This document shows, one piece after another, positions 17,060 to 26,265 of a DNA stretch of 42,880 nucleotides. The DNA is from a virus. Taxonomy: Duplodnaviria > Caudoviricetes. The stretch lies in the IMG/VR virus record IMGVR_UViG_3300032280_000880, positions 1-42,880 of that record. One strand, 5' to 3'. The notes beneath the pieces were generated by a model. It made no database searches. It was not told the DNA's origin and was given only the letters and a program-made list of their open reading frames with translations. The position numbers and the translations under genes are program-made. Within the stretch, counting starts at the first letter, position 1. Each line of letters starts with the position of its first letter.

Positions 17060-18120
17060 TCTGCATCCTCCTGCGATTCCTCTACTGTTTCGTTTGTGAT
17101 CTTTTGATTTTTAAAGTCAGCCATGAGTCGATCCAACGACCCATTCTCGTTTGATTCCCATTTTTTACGAAACTGTTTGATAATCTCACCATCACTAGTG
17201 ACAAATACCAAACTGTTGCCTTCTTTCTTGAGAAGATTTTTCTTTTCGGCTAGATCAACCAGCCCAGAGTGGGGACTCATGCCAGTGGTGTAGGGAATCT
17301 TGACCTGCACTCCCTCAAAGGGTTTGGCATAACGTGTTTTCATTACCTTGCAGGCTGAACGAATGCCCATGACGTCCGAAATCTTGTTGCCGTCTTCGTC
17401 CTCTTTGAGTTTGAGTTTTTTCATGGCCACCACAATGGAGCTGGCATAGATAAAGCCTTGACCGCCCGAAATCTTGTCATCGGGATCAAACATGTCCTGG
17501 CTAGCATAGGTGTGATTGGTACATACCAAGCCCACGTTGTATGATCCAAACATGTTTACGCAGTTTCTTACCAGGGCTGTGAGTGCCTTGGGCTTGCGAC
17601 CCAGATCACCTTTGAGGTCTCCGGAATCAAACTGGTTGATGTCGGTGGGTGTGAGCAACATGCCCAGGCTGTCGATCACAAACAGCACCTTGGGACGCTC
17701 GCCATCGGGCAAGGCCTTGTAGTCGCTCATGAAAGTTGAAATGGTTTTGGCCACATCATCAATCATGGCCATGCTCAGTTTCAGCAACTTGCTCTCACTG
17801 GTATCCACACCCAGTGCCTTGAGCCAATCCTCGTCCAAGGCGTTTTCTGAGTCAATCAGCACCACAAAGATGCCTTGCTGTTGAGCATTTTTAATGATGT
17901 TGCCTGAACAGATGTAGCTTTTGCCAGCACCAGATTCACCAGCAAACACCGTGACCTTGCCCAAGGGAATGCCTCGGTGGAAGTCTCCGGATATGAGATA
18001 GTTCAAGGCATAGTTGCCTGTGGAGATCCAATCAGTGGGATCGTTGAATCCAATGCTGAGTCCGTCAATTGATTTGGTAATTTCTTTTCGAAATTTTGAT
18101 ACGTCAAAGGGTTTGGCCAT
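17056..18120 (-). CDS. uvsX: UvsX/RecA-like recombinase
   Basis: GESGAGKS, IDSENALD, VIDSLG, TNHTY and SGGQGFIYASS motifs. Confidence 0.93.
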   Translation of the reverse strand: MAKPFDVSKFRKEITKSIDGLSIGFNDPTDWISTGNYALNYLISGDFHRGIPLGKVTVFAGESGAGKSYICSGNIIKNAQQQGIFVVLIDSENALDEDWLKALGVDTSESKLLKLSMAMIDDVAKTISTFMSDYKALPDGERPKVLFVIDSLGMLLTPTDINQFDSGDLKGDLGRKPKALTALVRNCVNMFGSYNVGLVCTNHTYASQDMFDPDDKISGGQGFIYASSIVVAMKKLKLKEDEDGNKISDVMGIRSACKVMKTRYAKPFEGVQVKIPYTTGMSPHSGLVDLAEKKNLLKKEGNSLVFVTSDGEIIKQFRKKWESNENGSLDRLMADFKNQKITNETVEESQEDAE

Positions 18121-18129
18121 TGTTTTTCC

Positions 18130-19023
18130 TTAGTTTATGTGTATAGAAAAGTTATTGTTACTTTTGAGATTTTTATAAATCAGTTGTCGGTAGAGAGTTA
18201 TTCGACTAGACAAATCAGGTATGTTACCTAAATTCAAATTGTCTCCAATAGGAGCACGACCATGAGATTGACACCAGGTTTGATATTCTTTACTTAGTGG
18301 AATAGTCTGACTTGGCACAAGACTCACCGTGACAAATCCCAACAACTCGTTATAAGAATTTTCATCATCATGCGTTAGCTCAAAATCAAAATGTACAAAT
18401 TTATTGTATAATGTTCTTCCCAGGTGATTGAAGGTCAAGCTAAAATTTGCAACATCGTTGGCCAATATAGAATTATCAAACACATTTGGAAATTGTTGCC
18501 ACGAACCATCTGACATGCCAAATCTTATTTGATTAAAACTATCTTCTAATTCGTGTATTTTCAGATTGATGTCATCGTACTGTTGAGTATGATTCAATTT
18601 TGACAGCAAATTGGCAATAGTGACAAATCTTTCCGAATCAGGAAATATATCATGTATGCGTTCTGCTGTGCCTGAAAAATTGTGTTGCCGACGCTTTGCA
18701 TCTATGTCATAAATTTGACCTTGACTACGCACCCAGTCAGCATGAAGTTTATTTAGATTGTGTTGATCTAGATATTGTTCCAACTCGAACGCATCATGCT
18801 GCCAATCAGTTAATTCTTCAATCCAGGTGTTAACACTTTCAAGAGTCTGATGTAACCGTTCGATTCGTTGGGATACTATATCAGGATATGTTTTATTTTG
18901 AATCGAAAAAGAATTTTGTTTGCATCGATTCAGCTGATCTACATAATACTCGAGTACTTCAGCATTGACTGATACAAAATCAATTGCATCGCCTGAATTG
19001 TCAAAAACAATTTGAAATTTCAT
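18130..19023 (-). CDS. Hypothetical protein (AT-rich), paralog of 7442..8344
   Basis: LNKLHADW, INLKIHELE and LTFNHLGRTLY motifs; ATG 19023 preferred as the start. Confidence 0.7.
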   Translation of the reverse strand: MKFQIVFDNSGDAIDFVSVNAEVLEYYVDQLNRCKQNSFSIQNKTYPDIVSQRIERLHQTLESVNTWIEELTDWQHDAFELEQYLDQHNLNKLHADWVRSQGQIYDIDAKRRQHNFSGTAERIHDIFPDSERFVTIANLLSKLNHTQQYDDINLKIHELEDSFNQIRFGMSDGSWQQFPNVFDNSILANDVANFSLTFNHLGRTLYNKFVHFDFELTHDDENSYNELLGFVTVSLVPSQTIPLSKEYQTWCQSHGRAPIGDNLNLGNIPDLSSRITLYRQLIYKNLKSNNNFSIHIN

Positions 19024-19029
19024 AGAGGT

Positions 19030-19055
19030 TGTACAAGGGCTCACACCCTTGTACA
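19030..19055 (-). promoter_or_regulatory. Perfect 10-bp hairpin between an SD-like AAGGAA and ATG 19023
   Basis: TGTACAAGGG-N6-CCCTTGTACA, with no T-run after it on the coding strand. Confidence 0.5.
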
Positions 19056-19065
19056 GTTCCTTTAT

Positions 19066-20076
19066 TTACTTCTGCTGACGTGCACGAATCATGGCCAGTA
19101 TGTCTTCGGCCTTTTGCGGAGATTTAGATGCGGCCACAGGTGCTGCTGCAACTGCGACTTCTTCATCTTCGTCGTCGAAGCTGGAGGTTGCAGGTGCGGG
19201 CTTGGCCACCACAGGTTTGGCTGCAGGGCGAGCAGGAGCATCCTCGTCCACATCTGCTGTGGATGCAGCTGATGCAGCGCCAGCAGGTGCCTGCACACCA
19301 GCAGGACGGTAGTAGCTGCCCCAACGCTCGGTGTCGTATGGCTGGCCGTCTACTGAAGCTTCAAACATTTCTTTGATCACTTTCAACTCAACGTCAGAGG
19401 GCTTCTTGGGCAAGAATGTGCTCAGGTCAAACAAGCCATGTTGCTCAATAGCAGCAGATTCAGCTTCGGTCAATGCCGACTCTTTTCTAGCCCACTTTGA
19501 TCCGTTGTAGTCAGCAAAACCTCCCTTGGCACCTTTGCTGATGCGGAAGTCCAAGCCACGCAGATAGTCTGTTGGTAATTCTTCCAGTTCAGGATCCATG
19601 AGTGCGCCCTTGATTGTGGTAAAGATTTGCGGGCCAATGATAAAGCGACGGATTGGATTCTCAGGGGACTTGTCATCGGCCAAGGGATTCTCGCGCACAA
19701 AACCTTGGAAAATATAACTGCGCTTTTTCCAGTATTTGCGACCCATTTCTTCAAGACTCTTGTCCTTGAACCAGCCACGTACTTCGGCCAAGATTGGGCA
19801 AGCATCGCCCCACATTTCCACACATGGCACTTGTACCATGACTTGTTTGGATTCCATTTCTCCACGGATGCCAGCGAATGGCAAGCGAATCATGGCTCGT
19901 TCCTGCCAGAAGAATGTGTTTTTGGTGTTACCGTCGGGCAAGAAACGCAGAGTGGCACTTTGGCCTTCTTCCATGTTCCAGTGAGGGTAAATTGAGTTGT
20001 CACCGCGTTCAGATGACTGTGAACCTTTGTTTTCTGCGGCTGCCAAACGAGCCCGAATTTCTGCTAGAGATGCCAT
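19066..20076 (-). CDS. Single-stranded DNA-binding protein (gp32-like)
   Basis: LRFLPD, C...GDACPI, YWKKRSY and DY..S.W motifs, plus an acidic Ala-rich tail. Confidence 0.88.
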   Translation of the reverse strand: MASLAEIRARLAAAENKGSQSSERGDNSIYPHWNMEEGQSATLRFLPDGNTKNTFFWQERAMIRLPFAGIRGEMESKQVMVQVPCVEMWGDACPILAEVRGWFKDKSLEEMGRKYWKKRSYIFQGFVRENPLADDKSPENPIRRFIIGPQIFTTIKGALMDPELEELPTDYLRGLDFRISKGAKGGFADYNGSKWARKESALTEAESAAIEQHGLFDLSTFLPKKPSDVELKVIKEMFEASVDGQPYDTERWGSYYRPAGVQAPAGAASAASTADVDEDAPARPAAKPVVAKPAPATSSFDDEDEEVAVAAAPVAASKSPQKAEDILAMIRARQQK

Positions 20077-20223
20077 ATTGTGTTGCCTTTCTGTATGCGT
20101 TAATATGATTTTAAAAGTTGCCTTTTAGAGTGCCTGTGTATGCACTGTTGCTAGTGTATACGACTTTACTTAGCATCACAACAGAATTTTTGACTTTTTT
20201 TTGCCAGACCAGTAAATACTGGC

Positions 20224-20793
20224 ATGACTACTCACAGAATTCACAGCAGCGACGCCCAAGTTGTACCAGCAGCTTTCCCTAATCTCTGGCAGGTCTCCAA
20301 TTGTTTTGATTCCCCCACTTTTAGTTGGCTGAGCCAACGATTCCTTGATCATGACGAACAGTGGCATCGGCATAGTGATTGTTTAGAATATCGACTGCAA
20401 CTCATGCCCGAAAGCAAATCGCAAAAACAACTCACTTACATGGGACATTTGCTGACAGAACCCATGCAAGAAATTGTGGGCAAACAATTAACACCTGTCA
20501 TGAGCAAACTTTGGATGGACTTGCCATACTTTCACTGCCCATATCATCCAGATGCTGAGTACTTGACTGTAACCTATCAAGTGTACCTATGGTGTTATGG
20601 CGGCTCGGTGCATGGCACCTCTTTTTGCAAAGAACCAGGAACAACCGGACCTGGGCAAAGCGAAGAACTCGAAATACCGTTTGTACCCAACACTGGTTAT
20701 ATCAATTTAAATGTAGACCAAAAAGTACACCATGCCAAACGGGCCGATGGGTTAAGGGTGAGCGTGTGCTGGCAATGGACTGCAAAAATGTAA
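20224..20793 (+). CDS. 2OG-Fe(II) oxygenase-like protein
   Basis: HPD (HxD), QVYL, GT, PNTGYI, a distal H and RVS; TAAATA upstream. Confidence 0.7.
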   Translation: MTTHRIHSSDAQVVPAAFPNLWQVSNCFDSPTFSWLSQRFLDHDEQWHRHSDCLEYRLQLMPESKSQKQLTYMGHLLTEPMQEIVGKQLTPVMSKLWMDLPYFHCPYHPDAEYLTVTYQVYLWCYGGSVHGTSFCKEPGTTGPGQSEELEIPFVPNTGYINLNVDQKVHHAKRADGLRVSVCWQWTAKM

Positions 20794-21330
20794 ATTAAAA
20801 GTCTCGCGCTGAGTGTTGGCCGGAACTACACAGCGTGTGCCCATGAATACTCTGGGCTGATTCAGGAACACATAGGCAGTGTTGGGACGATAGCTCACAG
20901 CCTGTAGCTGTTCAGGTCTAAAACAGCTGATATCCTCGTAGTCCTGTGAATGGGTTTCATTCACTGCGTGGTCAGTGCAAAAGTGTGTGGCCAAATCCGG
21001 CTGTTCTTGATCGGCCATGCACACCTGCACAAAGCAGCGGATGTCCGGGTGCAGTCTATGCATCATGATTCTGCAACCCGATAGGTCTAGACTCACATAG
21101 GCCACTTGTGGGCTCAGGGCTTGACTCACAATGCGTTCAATTTCAGGTTGCAGTGCCCGCATGCGACTCTGCAGGTCGGGAGTTTGATCCCAAGGTGTGA
21201 GCAAGCGATTGGGATACTCGGCCCGCCAGGCAGTTTGATTGCCACGGTAACTTTGTTTCAGTTGCTCAAAGTCGTCGAAAAAATCTTCAATTTCCCATAC
21301 GCCGGGCATGACTTCATGTGCTATGTTCAT
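20752..21330 (-). CDS. Degenerate 2OG-Fe(II) oxygenase-like protein
   Basis: Same layout as its neighbour (W.I.D.F, DL.G..I..H, QV, PNTAY, R..) but without a clear HxD...H triad. Confidence 0.5.
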   Translation of the reverse strand: MNIAHEVMPGVWEIEDFFDDFEQLKQSYRGNQTAWRAEYPNRLLTPWDQTPDLQSRMRALQPEIERIVSQALSPQVAYVSLDLSGCRIMMHRLHPDIRCFVQVCMADQEQPDLATHFCTDHAVNETHSQDYEDISCFRPEQLQAVSYRPNTAYVFLNQPRVFMGTRCVVPANTQRETFNLHFCSPLPAHAHP

Positions 21331-21336
21331 GTGGTA

Positions 21337-23529
21337 TTATCTACCCAGTAACCCACGCAGGCGTGCCAATTCCAGGTCAAAGCTGGCGCTTTCAGACATG
21401 CCTTGCTCGGCTAAGCCTATCTTACGCATTACCGCTGGGGAGGCGATTGAGGAGATTGTTTTCGCTGTATTTCTTTTTTTTGCTTTCTCTGCTCCGCGGT
21501 CGAATTTTTGTGACAGGGAGTCATAATGTCGGGCCAATGGATTCTTATAGCCGCCGCCCAATGCATCATGTATCTCGGGATCCATTGCCTGCTTACTTTT
21601 GTGTTTGGCAACTTGTGCAGATCTTTGCAGCAGATCAGTACTGAGTTCATTTAGAGAATCTTCCGCCAGGCCTTTTTTCATTTTTGCCATTGCAGCCTGA
21701 GTCTTTTCACCAGAATCAATGTAGGCATCAGCATCAACTTCTTGGCCTATGCTTCTACGTTTTTCCAGGCCAGGCATCATGTCCAGACCTTTGTTGTCAT
21801 GAGTGTCCACGATATTCCAGAGTTTCTTTTGAAGTTGTTTGTCATCATAGAACAAAGAACCAATTGCATTAGCAATAGGTCCATCGGGTGCTGGATCATC
21901 TTTGGTCCAACTTTCTGTTTGACCAGTTTGTAAATCTCTTACATCCATGGTTTCTATGTCCAGTGTTAGGCCCATAGATATCATGTCAACAGGTCGGATG
22001 ATAAAATTTGCTGATTCTTTTGACCTGGCATTTGTTACTTTAACTTCAAATGTATTGTAATTTATTTCATTCACAAACTCTGCTCGCCAGCCGCTGTCCT
22101 TTTCGGCTTCGTCTTGTGCCAGGCCTTCCGCCACACCCGACTCGTCCAGCCCACGGGCCTTGCGCCATTTGCGAATACTTTTGCCCTGATCGCGTCTGCT
22201 GCCTAGTTTGGGCCTAAGATCGCCCAAGGCTTCCGCCATGCCAGGCTGATCATCTTCGGGGCCTGTGGGAGTACCAATCTGTGTCAATGCGTCGGCTAAT
22301 TCCGGGCTGGCGTCAGCCAGTTCCCACATGCGATCCATCACAGCCGAGTCATCCCATGCATTGGCATTGGGATCACGATCAGCCAGGTCAGTCAAGCGAT
22401 CAAACAGCTCGTCGTCGCCCACTAGACCCCCCAGTTGTTCCGTGGCATCCATGGCATCCACACCCACAGTCAAGGGCTGGCTCAGCAGCTGACGCAGTTG
22501 ATTTAGTTGTTCTGGAGTTTCAGGCAATTCCCATGTACCTTCCATTACACGGTCAGTCCAGGCTTCAAATATTTTAAGTTCTTTCATGCTGTTTTCCTTC
22601 TGTTGTATGCGTGCCAGCAAGGGCAAGGCTGATTCTATTCTGGCATCCAGAGTCTGTTCCACAAACAGTTGTCGGATGTCTTCTACCAATTCTTCGTGAC
22701 TGCCAATGTCAGCCGGCGTCCAAGATTCAAAATAATCAGCATAGCCACGACTGGAACCCAAGCGACGAATGCTTTCACGCAGGGCATCATAGTAGTGAGC
22801 CGCAGATTCTACCACTTGTTGGCTTATGCCTTCCAGCACACGGCCAGCACTGGCTCGGCGAAATCTTGACAGCACAGCCAGTTCTGACACCATTTCTGTG
22901 ATATGCACCCCGCGCACATCCCAGGGACGGCCTCCCGCACGCACATGTTCCAACATGGCACGACCACCTGCCAATTGTCGAAATGGCAGTCTGTAGCGTT
23001 CACCATCCGCAGTTTCCAAGAACAAGCTGTCGATTTGTCGATGGCGTGCATCACCTTCGCCCAAGGGGCGTTTGTGTCGGATCATGAGTCTGGCTTGAGT
23101 GGCTTCGCCCACATAGCTGATGTGTCGTGTGCCATAGTAGCCTTCAAACAGGCCCTCGCGAATGGCTGCCATGCCAGCTTGATGATGGCGCAGCTTTGCA
23201 ATGTTTTCAATGCTGAAATTTCTAAATCCTGTACCGGGACTCACGGCCCACTGCTTGAGCTGGTTCAAAAACCCAAACCACACATCGGCATCGGCATCTT
23301 CCATGCCCCGGGCCATGTTGTTGGACGCCAACAACAGGAATGTGTCATCTTCCTGGAACATGATCACCACAGTGCCGTAGTTGCGTCCAGATGCACCCAC
23401 ATAATCAAACGAAAACATGTCAGCATCCTGTGCTGTGGTCACTGCACGGCCTGCTTTGAAATATTCGGGCTCGAAGTTGCGAGTCACCAGCAGGTCAGCC
23501 AATTCTTGGGATCGTGTTTCAATACTCAT
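21337..23529 (-). CDS. Large head-associated hypothetical protein (730 aa)
   Basis: Directly downstream of the terminase, with a TAAATA promoter. Many [LMV]-x-E motifs and a terminal LARLRGLLG segment, as in T4-like head-internal proteins. Confidence 0.6.
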   Translation of the reverse strand: MSIETRSQELADLLVTRNFEPEYFKAGRAVTTAQDADMFSFDYVGASGRNYGTVVIMFQEDDTFLLLASNNMARGMEDADADVWFGFLNQLKQWAVSPGTGFRNFSIENIAKLRHHQAGMAAIREGLFEGYYGTRHISYVGEATQARLMIRHKRPLGEGDARHRQIDSLFLETADGERYRLPFRQLAGGRAMLEHVRAGGRPWDVRGVHITEMVSELAVLSRFRRASAGRVLEGISQQVVESAAHYYDALRESIRRLGSSRGYADYFESWTPADIGSHEELVEDIRQLFVEQTLDARIESALPLLARIQQKENSMKELKIFEAWTDRVMEGTWELPETPEQLNQLRQLLSQPLTVGVDAMDATEQLGGLVGDDELFDRLTDLADRDPNANAWDDSAVMDRMWELADASPELADALTQIGTPTGPEDDQPGMAEALGDLRPKLGSRRDQGKSIRKWRKARGLDESGVAEGLAQDEAEKDSGWRAEFVNEINYNTFEVKVTNARSKESANFIIRPVDMISMGLTLDIETMDVRDLQTGQTESWTKDDPAPDGPIANAIGSLFYDDKQLQKKLWNIVDTHDNKGLDMMPGLEKRRSIGQEVDADAYIDSGEKTQAAMAKMKKGLAEDSLNELSTDLLQRSAQVAKHKSKQAMDPEIHDALGGGYKNPLARHYDSLSQKFDRGAEKAKKRNTAKTISSIASPAVMRKIGLAEQGMSESASFDLELARLRGLLGR

Positions 23530-23539
23530 AGTAGCTTAT

Positions 23540-25114
23540 TTAGCGCATTATTGATATAAATGGCATGGGATCAATGCGCTGATCTCCGTGATCCTTCATT
23601 TGTGCATCCATTTCTGGGTGATAGGTCTGCAGCAGTTGCATCATGCGCACAGCCAAGATAGTGGCCATCACAAGGTCATCATGCTCGCCGGGCTTGGCTG
23701 CATAGCTGACTCCGTGAGCAATGAATGTTTTGAGCTCAGAGATTAGTGGTTGGCTGGCAATGCGCAAGCGACCCGATTCCACTAGAATTTTCAGCTTGTT
23801 GCAGGCCGTGAGCTTGGCTCTAGGTGTGGTATTGAATCCCTTGCGGAACCTGCGCCCAGTGGTGCCCACAACCGAATTGTCGCTGAGAAAATAGCCCGGG
23901 ATGTTTTCTTCCCCATAGTCAGCAATGCTGATCAAAGCAGCTTCGCCAATGGTGTTGTTTTCAATGCTGTAGTAGATGCTGTTTTGATCCTGTGTGTGTT
24001 CGTGCAGATGTTTCACTATGTCGGCCAGGATTCTGATTTGTGTGGGAATATCGGTGCGGTTGTGGCGCCACTCGCCGATTTGCCTGGTAGAGTTGGCCTC
24101 AAAGATCTGGATAGCAGCAGGATCACCCCCAGTGCCCAGACTGGGATCCAAAGACACTACATAGATTCGGCCGCGTTCGGGACGCTGATACCATCGCACC
24201 TGGCCAGTGTGATAGAGAGGTTCTTGGCCTTGTAAATCAATCAAGGTGGTGGCGGCAATTAGTGTCTCTTCCCAGATGATGAATTCGCAATCCATTTCTC
24301 TGCGGAATCGTTCATCGCCCAGTTGTGCTCGCTGTTCCGCAGCCCATGTTTCGTCTCGATCTGGGTGCTCGTGCCAGTAGCTGCGATAGGCTTTGAATCC
24401 ATTTTGTCCAATGGGTGTGGGATTGCCATAGGCATCCTCGCAACGATTGGCACCTTTCCACAACTGAGCAAACTGATCCTCGTCTGAGTTGGGAGTTGAT
24501 GTGATAATGGCTTTACCACCAGTGGCCAAGGTGGGCGAAATCGAAGTCCAAAACTCTTTGGCAATGGTGGGGCGCACAAACGCAAACTCGTCGGCGTACA
24601 GCAGGGAAATACTCATACCCCGGCCGGTGTTTTCGGTTGTGGTAGCTGACACTATGCGACTGCCGTTTTCAAAGTCCAGGTTGCCTTTGTTGTAGCTGGT
24701 GACACCGGCTCTGATGTGATCCGGGCACAGTTCATAAGCGTATCGAATACGCTGCATGATCTCTTGAGAGCCGGTGTACTTGTGCGCAGCTATCAATATG
24801 GTCGAATCAGGCACAAACATGGCATACCATAGTAGATAACCCGCAGCCGATGTCGACTTGCCAGTCTGCCTGGGCATCATGCTGATGCTGAATCTGTAGT
24901 TGTGGTAAGTGTCTATCAGCTTTTTTTGATAGTCAAACGGCTGATACAGCATCTTGCCCCGAGTGGGGTGCTGTATGTGAAAAAAGTTGTCAAGAAAATA
25001 CCTGGGGCCGTCCACAGGATCTGCACAGGCCACAAACTCTGCCAGCTGTGATTCGGTATAGGCCTGGCGTCGATGCGGGGCCTTGACTAAGTTGTCTGCG
25101 TCCTTAGCAGCCAT
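23540..25114 (-). CDS. Terminase large subunit (gp17)
   Basis: YQ motif, PRQTGKST, LYADEFAF, ITSTPN, SLDPSLG and HDDLVMA motifs. Confidence 0.95.
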   Translation of the reverse strand: MAAKDADNLVKAPHRRQAYTESQLAEFVACADPVDGPRYFLDNFFHIQHPTRGKMLYQPFDYQKKLIDTYHNYRFSISMMPRQTGKSTSAAGYLLWYAMFVPDSTILIAAHKYTGSQEIMQRIRYAYELCPDHIRAGVTSYNKGNLDFENGSRIVSATTTENTGRGMSISLLYADEFAFVRPTIAKEFWTSISPTLATGGKAIITSTPNSDEDQFAQLWKGANRCEDAYGNPTPIGQNGFKAYRSYWHEHPDRDETWAAEQRAQLGDERFRREMDCEFIIWEETLIAATTLIDLQGQEPLYHTGQVRWYQRPERGRIYVVSLDPSLGTGGDPAAIQIFEANSTRQIGEWRHNRTDIPTQIRILADIVKHLHEHTQDQNSIYYSIENNTIGEAALISIADYGEENIPGYFLSDNSVVGTTGRRFRKGFNTTPRAKLTACNKLKILVESGRLRIASQPLISELKTFIAHGVSYAAKPGEHDDLVMATILAVRMMQLLQTYHPEMDAQMKDHGDQRIDPMPFISIMR

Positions 25115-25118
25115 GGCA

Positions 25119-26258
25119 TCAACTCACCAAGTGAGCAAGCTCGGGCCAAAGCTTCACAAATGCACCCAGGTCATGGCGATGATACTTAGTTTCGATCAAG
25201 TGCACATGATCTCTGAGATTGGCACCAATGGTCATCCAGTCCGGCTCAATGGTTTCCATTCTGCTCAAAATAGATGCAAAGAAATCTCGTTCTTGATCTC
25301 GTTGCTCAAAATCCTGTTGATACTGCTGTATGTGTTGCTTGGCCAGGTCGCGAATTTCGGGACTCAACATGGCTGGATCAAGGTAATCAGGCTGATACAA
25401 GGTCTGCCACAAGATATCCAGGCCCACACTGTCAGCATATTCTCGCAATTCATGCAATCGGGTACAGTTGTAGAGATTGTAAATGGCATGTATGCCGCCC
25501 CAATGTTGTCCAGACTTGGTCAATTCAGCAACCTGCTGCACATTCTGGTCGAGTTGTGTCCAATTGGCACCCGATCTCACATATTCAAATCTTGACTCCG
25601 TATTGTCAAAACTCATGCTCCAGCCTACTCGAGTTCTGGTTGCCAATTTCTGAAAAATCTTGTTGGTTGCAAAATCCACACTCATGTTTGAAATCAGTGT
25701 CACGCGAGTGTTTTTGCCAATCACATCCAGCAGTCGTTCATTTTCGGGCAGCAACAATGGCTCGCCTCCCACAAGTGCCACTTCCCGAATGCGATCGCTG
25801 TGTTGTTCAAGATAGTCACACACCTGTTCATAATAGGGTCTAGCCCCGGATCGAAACGGTATGTGTTTGAGACCGGCCCATTTGCTGCTGCACTTGTCCC
25901 CACAGTAGTTGCAGCTGAGATTGCAGGTGATATTCCAGCGCACATCAATCAAGGTGGGCAAATGTTCAGTATCTCCAGCTGTTTGTGCATCGAATTCTGA
26001 GCTGACATCATTGTGCCAAGCACGCTCGCTGCGTCCATAGCGTTCGGCTTGCACACAGTTGTAACAGTAAGCATGTGGTTCGCCGCGGCGTATGCTTTGG
26101 CGAATTTCCTGCATGACAGGGCCGTGAAGAATTTCCTCAATGGTGTTGTTGTTGAGATTGCCCAGCATGTTGGGATCACCTGCACAGCAGGTTTTGACAT
26201 CGCCACGAGGGTTGATATGCAGACCACGCCAGGGTGCTGCGCAAAAGAAATCGCTCAT
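25119..26258 (-). CDS. Radical SAM enzyme with N-terminal SPASM/twitch domain
   Basis: CAAPW...GDVKTCC...CYNC, CNLSCNYC and GGEP motifs. Confidence 0.88.
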   Translation of the reverse strand: MSDFFCAAPWRGLHINPRGDVKTCCAGDPNMLGNLNNNTIEEILHGPVMQEIRQSIRRGEPHAYCYNCVQAERYGRSERAWHNDVSSEFDAQTAGDTEHLPTLIDVRWNITCNLSCNYCGDKCSSKWAGLKHIPFRSGARPYYEQVCDYLEQHSDRIREVALVGGEPLLLPENERLLDVIGKNTRVTLISNMSVDFATNKIFQKLATRTRVGWSMSFDNTESRFEYVRSGANWTQLDQNVQQVAELTKSGQHWGGIHAIYNLYNCTRLHELREYADSVGLDILWQTLYQPDYLDPAMLSPEIRDLAKQHIQQYQQDFEQRDQERDFFASILSRMETIEPDWMTIGANLRDHVHLIETKYHRHDLGAFVKLWPELAHLVS

Positions 26259-26265
26259 GCAGTAA

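Noticed and set aside
23540-25114. Intein or intron in the terminase, UvsW or UvsX
   Set aside because: The ORFs are uninterrupted, of normal length, and show no splicing motifs.
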